A stretch of 64,000 nucleotides of DNA. Source: Macrostomum lignano. Its lineage: Eukaryota. The position numbers and the translations under genes are program-made. Location of the stretch: NCBI GenBank assembly GCA_002269645.1, contig NIVC01000386.1, positions 575,186 through 639,185 on the forward strand. The letters run 5' to 3'. Positions within the stretch are counted from its first letter, which is position 1. Each line of letters starts with the position of its first letter. This document shows, in pieces, positions 50,548 to 62,844 of this stretch. Under the pieces are notes generated by a model that worked only from the letters and a program-made list of their open reading frames with translations, ran no database searches and was not told the origin of the DNA.

Positions 50548-53500
50548 CGCGCGCACAAATTTGATCAGTGTATTGGATTGGCTTGGGCAGATAGGGCCGG
50601 GATTCACAATTTCTTAGATTTTGTCTTCAGTGTATATATAAGTTTTTGTTACAAGGCCTTCGGCTGTAAGACTGTGGGGTGGTGGGGCAGGCGGACAAGA
50701 GCGGGGGTTGCAATGTACACTCGCGCCCGGAACAGAGGGGGGCGGGTGACTGGCGGTTGTACACAGTGGGGGGAGGCTAACGAACACTTAAAAAGGGTAG
50801 TCTGTAATTAAAAGGCTAATGTAAGTAAACAAGTCTATGAAATCACGTGACTGGTCCTGACTTACGTACAAAGCAATCAATCTTAAACCTGTCGTCATCA
50901 TCATTAGAAAGCTGGGCCAGTTCAGGTGCGTTCCGTCAAATCCAAGATCACCTACTGAGGAGTAGCAAGAAATGAATATGAAGCGTATTCATTTCCTAAA
51001 GTTAGCGAAAAATCGAACATATTTTAACATGTTATGGGTGGGTCGGTCCTGGCTCTTGTAAACACTACTATTGACTATAGTCATCAGAAACTAATTTTTG
51101 CATTAGAACATAGTTTGGTGTTGTTCTTTTATGATTAAGTTGTACTGGCCATTGATAGCAATAAGAATAGCCTTTAAACCAGTTGTCACAAATCAGTCCT
51201 GACCAGTTATGAGTTTGAATCTTATATTAGACAATACATTGAATCTGTGCTTCCATTTTTGATAAAGTTGAAAAGCACTTTCACTGTGACTATGAACACT
51301 AGTTAGTTATTGCATTTCTAATCAAAACATGTTCATTGGTGAGAAGACCAGAGTTCTATGCAGAGAACTGCACAGTAAAAGTCAAAAGGCTTTGCTATAT
51401 TTGGGCAAGGCAGTTTTACATGGAATCAACTATATATCTCCAGTCCAGGTGCAGCATCTGGACCTAGCAAAGTTGAGAAAATACTACCAGAATTCTCCAC
51501 AAGGATGGCCCAGTCTTAGCAATTCTCCCACAACGAAGTTACCATGATTGACAGGGAATGGAGACAACTGGTATTGGAGATTTCTACTAAAAAATAAAAA
51601 TTCTAGAACACTACTTGGTCTGCTATCTTACACTTCTGGCTCATTTTTGAAGTGTAAGGATATCCAACAAGGAACTGCAGTTTCTTGCTATGTTATGCAT
51701 TGATGCTACTACTCTCACAGTGCCTTGTGGAAATGCCAAAGTCAAATGCATATTTTCTAGTTTGGCAGACCTGCTCACTTGAAAGTGCAACTTGCTGGAT
51801 TCATCTACCTTTGTGTTTGTCTACTCTTCCATGGCTTCCTTAAGTCATTAGAAGAAATGTAAAATATTCACTGACCACTAATTTCATTTGAAAATATTGA
51901 ATATTGCACTCCTTATAGTAAAACAAAGTGATTGCATTTAAAATCAAAGCCACTGAGCACTACATTAACACTATAGCCAGGAAGAAGACATGTATATTAG
52001 AAATTTCTGGGGTATGCTTAAGAAATTTGGCATACATATTAATGCAGTGATTTTGGGCTTTTGGTATATGTTTGATACTTTGGTGAGTGACATACTTAAA
52101 AATTAAAAAAAAGTATGCTATTAATAATAATCAAAATAGTTGTCCGAGATATAAGATTGTAAAATTTTATAACTAATTGATGCAAAACTGATTTCTGTGT
52201 TTTTTACAAGTTAAGGGTTTGACTTCTAACAAAAATATACAAATTTTATTGTCTTTTTTAAAATACATGGAATACTATATAAAAAAAGTATTTTTTTTAG
52301 TTTTTAACTTTGTTTAATTGAAAAAATCCAATTACTAGTCCAATTTCGAAATTGATGATTTAAAGTGTTGCATAAAATAGTATAAATATATCATAAAATA
52401 AAGATTGTATAAAATATATCATTATATAAAAAATGTAGGTAGTTTTTTTTCTAAGAGTGAGATATATACAAAAAATTGCACAAAAATTATACACAACTTT
52501 CTATTCCAAAATTGCTATGCAAATATTCTATCTTAGTATATAATAATATAGCATATAGGGCATATAGATAACACTTAATAAACAGGTCTATAATCCACTT
52601 AACAAAATACTGTTTCAACAAAACACAGTATTTTGTTAAACTAATATGATTAATAAATAAAAGCAAAAAGAATCAATAACTAAACAAATTAAAAAAAGGA
52701 TACTAACATATATATTTATGGCAGTGCTTATTATTCCCTTTGTCATAATGCCAATGGTTACATGTTATCGATATAGTATTAAGCCAACAATGCCCTGCTT
52801 ATTTGACTTATGCACAACTGCTAGCCAACCCTGCCCATCTAGCCACTGTAAATTGTGAAGAATATAAATATAATACTAATTAGCTAAATTTTATATGTTA
52901 TGAAACATTTTGCCTTAATAAGATAATCATAGTTATTCCTGCTATTTATCCAAAATTTGCTTTAGCTTTAGGGTTGCTTTAGGGTTTTTTTTCATAAGTT
53001 GCATTTTTTTAAAAAGTAAGTTGCATGGCTAGTATAAATCAGGGGGGTTACATATGTTTGATTTGAATAATAGCTAAATTATAAATATATCATAGGCCTA
53101 TTCTTAGCATATGCCATACTAATAAACAATATTATCCATGTGGTACCATGTCAAAAATGCTTTGCTTATTTACATAGCAGCTAAATTATAATATTTGGTA
53201 TTAACTTGGAAAATTACATTATATTAAAATAGGCTAAACTAAAAAAGGTAATAGTCCAATTCAGTAACAGCCACTTTGGTAACAAATGATGTCCAATTCA
53301 GTAATAGCCATTTTGGTAAAAGCCATTTAGGTTAAAATTAGTGTAAATACAATATATATTGATTGATATACTCAAAAAAGATTTTGCAAACAAACTTTAA
53401 AGAAAGAACAACAAAAAAAGTAATTAAGATACATTCTCACAAACTTTGAGATTTGGATTGATAATGAAAACTAGGCCTAAGCATATTTTAGTCTACATGT

Positions 53501-53630
53501 ATTTTTATTTTTATTTCCAGTTGTGGCAGATGCATATATATAAGCTAAGATATCCTGTTGACCAAATATTGTGTATATTAGAATCTCTGAGTTAGCAACT
53601 TCATTTACCAAATCTACTTTTTTCTTCATT

Positions 53631-54362
53631 TATAATTAGAAATACTTATCCCCACAGTCCCATGTCAATAATTCCAATTTTATCCACACAAATCCGTGTC
53701 AATAATTTCCAGCTTATCTCTATGGCAGCTCATTGGGATAGAGAACCTTAAAATGAATCTGTATAAAAATCTGTTTATTTGTTTGTTTTCACTTTTCTAC
53801 AAATCTTCCAAATAAACTAGCCTACTGAATACTGAATAGTATTGAGTACTTTGTTAAAACTTTTTTTGTCATTAAAAGGGTTAATTTTAAATATTTGCTT
53901 AGCTGCCAGCTTTGCTTAGAATGACTAAACAACCTTAAGATTGAGGCAAATGAGACTTGCAAAATTCAAATTTCAAAATGTAATACTTGTAATAATGATA
54001 ATTATAATTTAATGTCAGTACACAAAACTAAACAACTGCACAATCTTAGCTGTGGGGAAAAGCTGAAAATTCTTGACACATCTGTGTGGATAAAATTAGA
54101 ATTATTGACATGGCCTATAGACTTGAATAGTGGCAGCTATTTCAATAAGCTGCAGTGAGAATAAGCTATAGAAGTTAAATTATCAACATGGATCCACGTG
54201 GATAAAATTGGAATTATTGATATAGCCTATAGACTTGAATGGTGGCAGCTGTTTCAATAAGCTGCCATGCAGGGGATAAGCTAAAAATTATCGACATGGA
54301 TCTGTGGATAAAATTGGTATTTTTGGCATAGGACCGTGGGGATAAGCACTTCCTTTATAATT
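53631..54362. mobile_element. Degenerate foldback/MITE-like element with about 105-bp imperfect terminal inverted repeats
   Basis: 53631-53735 aligns by eye in reverse complement with 54255-54362 (shared GTGGATAAAATTGG and GTGGGGATAAG). About 110-bp tandem subterminal modules at 54050-54300. Confidence 0.6.
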
Positions 54363-56117
54363 ACTTACTTCAAATTTCAATTTTCAACAATTGCTTAATG
54401 TTCTTTGCTGCCTTTAATTTTTTTTACAAAGTTAATGCACAAATTTAACCAAATTAGAATATGCTCAAAGAGAAGTAAATCTAAACATTCATAGGCCTAT
54501 AGCTTATTACAAATATGTCTAAGAATTATTAATCATATAATATTATAACTTATATCATTGAAAATATCTAACTAGACTAGAAGGGTAAAGATAAGCCCTC
54601 TGCTTATTAATCAAAATAGGTCCTTATGAAACCCAATAAAAATAAAAATACAAAGTGTAAATAATATAACATTATATGTGTAATGAAATATGCATTTATA
54701 TTTGTATTGCTAGTATTTTTTAAGAATTTATACTAATGTAACATATTCTAGGAATGTAATATACCAACTATTTACTTACTGTAATTTTTATTATATTATT
54801 TGTTTTGAATAGTGTTTTGTATGCAAATATAAGGTAAAACCAGTTTAAACCAGTTAGGCATGCATTGTACAATTGGTCTCTCAGGTGGCTACAAATAGGC
54901 CTAACCTTTAGACACTTCATCATAGACATAGATGTCACACTACTTGCCGTAGACATAGACTTATACTAGAATATTACATTATTTAAGTTCACTTAGAGTG
55001 TAGTTAATATTGCAACTATTATTATTATAATTAGCCCAATCCCAATACTAATATTATCCAATATATAATAGTTACAGTGAGTTAGTGAGCCAGTGTGTGC
55101 CACCTAATCTAACTAGATCATTAATAGTATAATATTTACAGTCAACCTATATTAACCTATACAAATAACAAATATTAAACCTGATTGCTCTGGCAGCATC
55201 TTTGTTTCAATTTCTTTTACTCAACTCCAGTATAGAGAATTTGAATAGCAACCACAAGAAGTTAATATATTGCATAGATATTGTTATTTAGCTTTAGCTA
55301 TTATACAAATAAGCAGGGCACTATTGGCATGGCATCATGTGGATAATATTATCAGGATTAGCATGGGGATGTATGAATAAACACTGATATTATTCTTGCA
55401 TTTGCAAGGAGCCAAGATGTCAGGCTTAGTATCTTCCATATTTGGTAATATTAATCAGCTTAAACATAATGTATAAATATTTCTACTTGAATTTGAACCT
55501 TGCAGTGTGTGAGTATGTAGATTAGAGTACATTTTCAATTTATTTCCTATCTTTCTTAGCTAGCACTAACCTAACACTTAATTTTTCAGCATACCAAAAT
55601 ATACTATTACCAAAGTGGCTATTACCTAAGTGGACTTTTACTGGGACATCCAAATCTTTTGAAGAACCTGGAAAAATTGCAAAGCGACTATGCAATATTT
55701 AGACATGAATACTGAGCCAGAGCCACCCCCTCTTATGCCTCACCCACACTGTCTGCCTCATTATTTTGTGGGCCACACGTTTTGCTAGGACAGTTTTTTA
55801 CTTTTTATTGTTTTAGCCGTAGCTTAAATTAAACAGAGTTCTGTTGAAAAAATCTGATAGGAACAACATGGTTGCATTTATTTTGTGTTTAATAATTAGT
55901 AAGTAACAAAAAATGAAGCCTAAGGCCAAAGGAAACATAATTTAAATTTTGACTTGAATTCTTTCTTCTTGGAAAAATATTATTTTGCAATTTTTTGAAT
56001 TGGCAGGAATTTCATTAACGATGCATAGCGAATTACTTTTAAAGGCTCTTTCCTATTCGTACTCTATATTAGTGCAACATTTGTGGTTCGTATTATTCGA
56101 TTTATTTAAAGTAATGA

Positions 56118-56127
56118 AAGATGGCGG
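56118..56127 (+). promoter_or_regulatory. YY1-like motif AAGATGGCGG at the edge of a CpG-depleted domain
   Basis: Exact YY1-like core where CpG frequency recovers; function is inferred only. Confidence 0.25.
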
Positions 56128-56282
56128 TGTAAACAAGTATTAAGGCGCTACCGAAGACTTTGCTAAAATTATCTAGTTGGTTGAATACAATTGAAAAAGT
56201 TTTCGACGCGAAAGTAAGTGCTTGTGAACAAAAGTATGCACTACTACCAAGATGAGCATAGTGTTAGGGGTAATTGTAATAT

Positions 56283-59200
56283 AACAACAACAACAAAATA
56301 CGCTGTCAAGATGGCAAAAGTCAGCGTCACAGGGCGCGCTTCATGGCTTGGGCGCGAACAAAGGCCGCGCCACCGGCAGTGTCCGGGGCGCCGGCGTCAG
56401 CCAGCAGACAGTCGACATAACGCCGAGTTCGCGCTTGACCTCGCCGGTAGGGTGCCTGCAGCGTGAGCAGCAGCACCTCCTGCACCGGCTGTGGGCAGTA
56501 CGACTCGGCGCGGATGAGATGGCCTGCGAGCTGGAGTCGCCGACGGCGCAGTAGATCACTTGGACGTGGCAGGCCAGCGCGGCGATAGAGTGCCGCGTTG
56601 GTGACTCGCTCGACGCCGATGTTGAAGGCGGCGCGCAGCAGACCAGCGTGCGCCGCATCGACTTGCTGTTCGAGTGAGTCCGTCAGCGTCCAGGTCTCGG
56701 CGTTGTACAGCAGGACGGTCTCGATTACCGCCTGGAACAGCGCCGCCCTCTGGCGGTCCGGTAGGGCCTCGGACTGCAGGACTCCCTCACAGAACGAAAG
56801 GCAGCCCAGGCAAGCCCGCGGCGGCGTCGCAGGTCCTCGCGAGCGTCTGGAACCAGACCGCCGAGGTAGACGAACTGCTGACATCGCGGGAGTTCGGTCG
56901 CCTGCCCGTCAGCGCCTCGGCAGAATAAATTGCAGCCTCGATGTCGTCCGGCACGCAGAGCACAACGGTCTTCTGTGTGTTGACCACCAGGCCGACACTC
57001 GCCGCAACGGCAACTAGCCTGTCCAGCTGCCGTTGGGCGCCCTCGACGGTCGAGGACAGCAGGGCGAGGTCGTCGGCGTAGCCAAGCACGCTGAGCCGCT
57101 TCTCCGGTTGACGTCGACCTACGCGTCGCCGCAGCAGAAAACCGTCGTCGTCGGTAGGAAGAGCAGTCCGCAGCACCCAGTCAAGCACCAGGACGAACAG
57201 GAACGGCGCCAGCGTATCTCCCTGAAGTACTCCGGAGGATGTCTCAAAGGAGTCCGATAGGCCGTCCGGTGTTGTCACAGCAGCTGTCGTATCACGGTAC
57301 ATCGCCATGATGGCGGAGATCAGCTGCTCGGGCACGTTGTACGCGCGGAGCACCATTGGAAGCACGGCTCTGACAACCGAGTCGAATGCCTTCTTGAAAT
57401 CAATAAAGATTAAAATCAGGATCGACTGGCGAATCCGCGCCTCCTCGATGACTCGGCGAAGAGCCAGGATCTGCGCCACTGTGCCGCGATGGGGCCGGAA
57501 CCCGTTCTGCTCTGGGCGCAGGTACGGATCCAGCACGGGCTGCAACCGCGAAAGCAGCATCCGGTTGAACAGCTTCGCTGCACAGGACTGAAGGCAGATG
57601 TGCCCGTGGTGCCCGGCCTAGTGGTGCCCGGCTTCTTTGGAACAGCAACGATGTGCGCCGTGGTCCATTCGTTGGGCGCCGCCTCACCGAAGAGCACGCG
57701 GTTCATCACTCTGGCGACCTCAGCGGCCACACAGGGATGCGCAGCGCCTCGATGGGCACCTCGTCCGGACCCAGCGCTTTCCCGCCCGGTGACTGCTGGG
57801 CGAGCTTGACAACGTCGGCTGCGTTGACTGGGCCTACGCTGAAACTCTCCTCTGCCGGCAACGGCGTTCCGGCGGCAGCGTCAGACTGTCTGGCAGCGGG
57901 GGTGGCGGCGCGTTGACGATGGCGGCGAAGAACTCGCGCAGCTCGTTCCTGCGCTCATCCGGAGTGTCACCAGCCAGGTTCAGCGGATTGCGCCGCTTTC
58001 GCCCCGTCAGAGCGTTGATGGCGGACCAGGCCACGCGCCCTCTGGCATCGGGCCCAGCGGCAGAGACAGCCTGAATGGCGTCATCGACAGCCGCTTGTTG
58101 GCGCTGCAGGTAGACAGCCGCCAGAGCTGCCTCTGCCTCGCGGGTTGGTCACCTGCTCAAGCGGAGCCTCTCCAGATCTTCCCTCGCTGCCTGAATCGCA
58201 GGGTCGTCCTGCCAGACCGGCTGCCCACGTTGAGCCGGTTGCATCATCGGGACTGCTTGCTCCGAGGCGGTTCTGACTGCAGCGCACACTTCCGCATACT
58301 CGGCATTCCACGCTTGTCGCCCAGCGCAGTGTTAAAGGCGCTAGCAAAGCAACGCTGCGTATCGGTGGCTCTGAGCGCGCGGTAGTAGCGCCGCGGTGGC
58401 CGCTTCGGCGGACGGTAGAGCGGATCGCGAAGGTTGAGGTCGCAGATGAGGAGCCGGTGATCGGACCGCAGAGCCAGCGGCTTGATGGTGCGGCAGTTGA
58501 CGGCGCGACGACGCTCACGGAAACGCACGAGCACGTGGTCGAGCTGTGCTTTTCTCCGGGTTGCGTTCCTGCCACGCGCGTTCCGTCGCCTCCGCTTGCA
58601 GCCCACGAAGGTTGCGAGACCGCTCAGTGGCTTGCGGAAGCGGGTGTGTGCCAACACCATGTCCTGCCTCTCCAGGAAGTCCTCCAGTGCCTCGGTGTTG
58701 TTGTTCCCGCGTGGCGTCACGAACAGCGACCTCTCGGACCTACGCAGGACTGCGTTCAGGTCTCCGAGGACGACCGCTGTGTCACGCTGCGCCATCGCCT
58801 CTACCTGCACTGAGAGCTGCTCGAAAAACTCTTGAGCCTCGTCAGGGCGTGTGGCAGGGCGCGCGTACGCGCAGAACAGGCGAGCATTCCGACTGCGTAG
58901 CCGGACGTCGATCCGAAGCAACCGGGGGGACAGGGAGACGCAGCGACAGCTCTGCTGCAGCCTCGGCCCGATCAGCGCTCCAACTCCTCCACTGCCTCGC
59001 TGGTCCGCAGAAGTATAGTAGAGGGTCCACCCGGCGCCCAAGTCCTCACAATGAAGTCCCGGGTCGGCCTTGATAGACACCTCCTGCAGCGAGATGATGT
59101 CGCCAGCACCCCTCTACGCCAAGCAGCCTTGAGAGTGCGGCAGTTCAGCGTCCCGACCCGAAGCATGCCCTGTGGTACAGCTTGGGCTCGATGCAGTTGA

Positions 59201-59400
59201 GCCTCACGGTCCCCGGCGCCACCCGGAGGATCCGAGTGGACCCGCGCGACAGCTCGACGGGCGGCGCCACGCAGCCGGCCTCATCGGTTCCGCTCAACAC
59301 GCCGACGGGCGCTCCGCTGCCCTCGCTTGGTCCTGCCGCATTTGGCCGCCGCAGCAGTTAAGCGCGGCTCTCCGCTCTGACCACGAGGAGGTAGCGGCAT
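56283..59400 (-). mobile_element. Near full-length RTE-clade non-LTR retrotransposon with several frameshifts
   Basis: APE endonuclease MLRVGTLNCRTL, SLQE, GVGALI, VLGDLNA, LDHVLV and SDHRLL. RT EQNGFR, FIDFKKAFDSV, GVLQGDTLAPFLF, YADDLALL and NTQKT. RTE C-terminus VLLYNAETWTLT. No RNase H. Short 3' UTR stem ACGCTG/CAGCGT (56300-56327) and (GTT)4 tail. No TSD found. Confidence 0.92.
59334..59399 (-). ncRNA. HDV-like self-cleaving ribozyme core at the 5' end of the RTE element (5' P1 strand apparently missing)
   Basis: Minus strand: P2 UGCCGC, P3 ACC, L3 UCCUCGU, P3' GGU, P1' CAGAGC, P1.1 GG, P4 GCCGC...GCGGC, J4/2 GGC-CAAA, P2' UGCGGCA. Confidence 0.75.
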
Positions 59401-60487
59401 TTATCTGCACCGTGGTGCAAATAAATTAAGACAAATGCAAATAAATATTATAATGTTGAACATAAAGGCAACAAAATGAAAATGACGACACGAGTTTTTA
59501 AAGTTTTCGAAGCGTTGTTAGTATATGTGCGGCCTTACTTTTTGTATTGAATAAGTTTGAAATATTTTTTTCGTGTTGAGAAATAAATTAAGGCTCGCTT
59601 TCTGGTTAGCGGTAGTGCTAGTGGTTACTGTTGCAGTGCCTTTCCATAGCAGCAGGGCCTTTAGCACCAAGGGCTTAGCACAGATGGGCTCCAGCTAAGC
59701 ACATGCAGCATCTTTTGCCCCCACCCCTTTTGGATTTGCACTTGTTGCCTTTGGTACGGACGTTTTGTACGTGAGGCTGTTTACTAATGGAGTAAATCTA
59801 GCAAAAAGCCACTTCCAGCTTCCCTTCGTGAATTCGAAAACAATTAGTCTGGCTCGCCAAAGTGCATAGAAAATTAATGCATGCAGCTACTCTGCATTTG
59901 CGTGAATGGCAGCTAACCGCTATTACAGCGTAGTGTAGTCATGCAGTCCGGTTTCAATGTTAATCATCCTGCATATTTGCTACATGTGGACAGCAGGCAG
60001 AATACACAATATACGGAAACTCGCGGACAAGCCATCATCGCCCTGGCTGGCAATTTGGTGATTTTGCGCAGATGCTTCGCATCAACCATATATAGTTGTC
60101 GGCTTGGATTTCAACACAGCCAGCGCTGGCCCGAGCGAGCTGCAGCTGTCCCACACCGCTCAAATTCTAACCGCCAACAAATGTGCGATGCGGGATTGCT
60201 TTTTTAGGCCTCGCAGTATTTGAGCTCTCGGTCGGAAAATATGGTGGCACATCTGGCGGCCGGCACATCTGCTTCTGTATTAGATGAAATTTGACTGCTT
60301 TAAGCTGCGCTTGAGCAAACAGAAATTCATAACAGTAGAAGTCAACGCTAAGTGCAGTGTCTGGCTTCAGGAAGCCGAAACTGTTATTGATTTCGTCCTG
60401 CGAAATCGGACCTGCTCAATAGAAAAGCAGTGAGAATATATGGCGGGATTGGCTAAAGAAGAACCTATATTGTCTGGTGGCTTTTTA

Positions 60488-61220
60488 ATAAATAATAATA
60501 CTTAACGCTTTACTTAACCACAGAGCGCCTTGGCTACTACCGCAAGTCAACTAGGCGACAGTCAACCTGCAGCCAGACGACAATTTTGCTGTTATACGTC
60601 AGTTCCACTGACTCCGGAGCACGCGTGTCCACGACCGTCTCATCATTAGGTACTGAGGTACACTGTGCGAGTACCTCCTGCGCACACTGGGCCCTGGGGG
60701 TAGGCCCTTATTGGCATCCATGCAGAGAGAGGTCACTGGTGCGAGAGACGGACGGACGAGTTACCGCTGAGCAGTCCTGCCGGGCAGTTGGGTTACTCTG
60801 ACCGATAAGGAACAACCAACTGAAAGGCTGATCAGTTTTAAGCATCGGAAACACCCAAGTACTAAGTTAGTGCAAGCAATGCGAAAGTGCTTCCCATGCC
60901 AGTGTGGGTTGGCCTTCATCAATAATGCACGCCCTGCGGCAGGACAAACCGCCAAGTCGGGCCGCCCCCCAGCCGCTGAAGGCCCAGCGATCTGTGCACA
61001 GCTTTGTGTTGAACAGCTGGAATTCATTGCGCAAAATGGGGATCCCGGGCGGAGGGCCTTAGGGCAGCGGGTCCCAGATGTTGTTTGCCATTTATCTATT
61101 GCCAGTTTGGCATCCCAAGAGGACTGACGGAGGCCAGAGGCTTTAGGAACTCGGTGGGGGGGACGCCCGATTATTGGCAGGCTGATCGGGGGTCGGTGGT
61201 CTGAGTATCGACTCAGCATC
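60488..61220 (-). mobile_element. Possible degenerate 3' fragment of a non-LTR retroelement
   Basis: GC-richer island ending in a (TAT)n-like tail on the minus strand; broken frames with weak zf-RVT/endonuclease-like motifs. Confidence 0.3.
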
Positions 61221-61719
61221 GACGCCTTCGCTCATGAATTATTCATTGCCGGGTCTTCTGGAGGCAGCAGCAAAACTTGAAATCCACTGGAGAGAAACTC
61301 CGTCTCCCCCGGGGCCGCTTGTCGCCACGCGGCTCCCGCAGTTGAGCCGTCGGGTTTTTTTCGACCATTCGGCCAAAAGAAGAGGAATTTCTTCCCCTCC
61401 GGACCGGCCAGTCTGCGGCATCCGCTCTCTGGAAATGGTGAGACGGGTAGAGAGCGGAGGAGAGGACTCAGGCGGGAGAGAATGGGTTTACCCAGCTGCC
61501 AGGAGCCAACTGGATTCAAGCGGATGGCAGAAGGGGAGAGAAAAAAATGGGAAGAATTGAGTGAGCCGGCCGGAGCTTGAGTAGATTTTTTGGGGGTCTC
61601 ATTTTCCCCCTCCTTGGCTGGCTCTCGTCTCCCCTCTCACACGAAGCTGCGGCAGGCTGAGGGGCTCAGTTTAAAAAGCCCAATGCTGCATCTTGGGGAG
61701 GGCTGAGCTGCCGCCTGAG

Positions 61720-62465
61720 ATGAGCCACGACGAGGAGCTGTTGGTCCCCGCCGCCCCCGGCTTCGAGGTCTGGCGCCTGGTTCTGGTGGGCCGCCTGATC
61801 CTCAACTCCGCAGCCATCGTGCTCAACCTGCTGAACTGCCTGCTGCTCAGGAAGCTCTGCCGGAAGCGCCGCGCCCACACCAGCCTGCTGAGTCTGCTCT
61901 ACCTGAGCTACGCTGAGCTGGGCTTCACTGTGACCTCCCAGCTCTTCTCGGTGCTGTTTCTGGCTTCGCACACCGGCGGCCGAGACGACCACAGCCGAAG
62001 CAGCCCGCCTGAGCACCAGAAGTTCTTCGTGCTGGTCGCCCTGGCGAGCTTCGGCAGCCTGAAGCACAGCTCGCTGTTCGTGCGCCAGTGGTGGCTCGTC
62101 TGCCTCGTCTGCCTGCACGGCGTCGCCAAGCGCTTCCGAGCGCTGGCCCACCGCCTGGCCGCTCGGCGCTTCGTGCGCGGCCTGTACAGCCTCTGCCTGC
62201 TGGTCGGGGCCAGCTTCGGCCTCGTCCGTCTGGTGGCCGAGAAGATCCCGGAGTACTTCCGCAAAGACTACATCAGCGAGGAGCAGCACGAGCTCATCCA
62301 CCGAGTGCTGTACGTTCTGGAGTTCGGCGTGCCGCCGCTCCTGGCCGTGCCATGCGTGGCTGCGCTGGCCGCCCTGGTGGCCTGCGCCTGGCGACGGAGC
62401 CCCGCCTGCGAGACGGGCGATCAGCAGGCGGAGGGGGACGCCGACTTATCGGTTTCCGCCGCCCT

Positions 62466-62497
<32 letters not shown>

Positions 62498-62844
62498 GGT
62501 TGACTTGGTCGTGGCGCAGCTCACAGGTGGTGCTCATCATCGGGCTGCTGTTCGTGGTGCTGCAGGGCCCGCTGATCCTGCTGGACCGGGTGGGCGCGGA
62601 GTCGCCGCTGTTTATCAACCTGCAGGACCTGGTGATCTCGCTGTTCAGCTGCAGCTACTTTGTGATCTTCTGCGCCACCAGCGCCGCATTCCGAAACAAG
62701 CTGGCGGTGATGTGCACCTGCACTGTGACCGCGGCACAGCTGAGAGAGACACCACCGTGCTGGACAGCGCCTGTGAGATGGTGCCCAGCAACAGAATCTG
62801 AGCGCATTCCTCATCGAGAATATGAAAAGTCGTCGGAATTCTAA
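61720..62844 (+). CDS. Orphan rhodopsin-like 7-TM receptor, intronless, with poly-Q in intracellular loop 3
   Basis: Seven hydrophobic segments: TM1 LNLLNC, TM2 YLSYAE, TM5 FGVPP, TM6 FVVLQGP, TM7 SCSYFVIFCATSAAFR. (CAG)10 at 62467-62496. ATG 61720. Confidence 0.75.

Noticed and set aside
60514-60526. 13-mer CTTAACCACAGAG shared with the 58-bp satellite, suggesting the satellite derives from a retroposon tail
   Set aside because: A 13-bp match to any part of a 58-bp unit is plausible by chance in 64 kb, and it does not extend.
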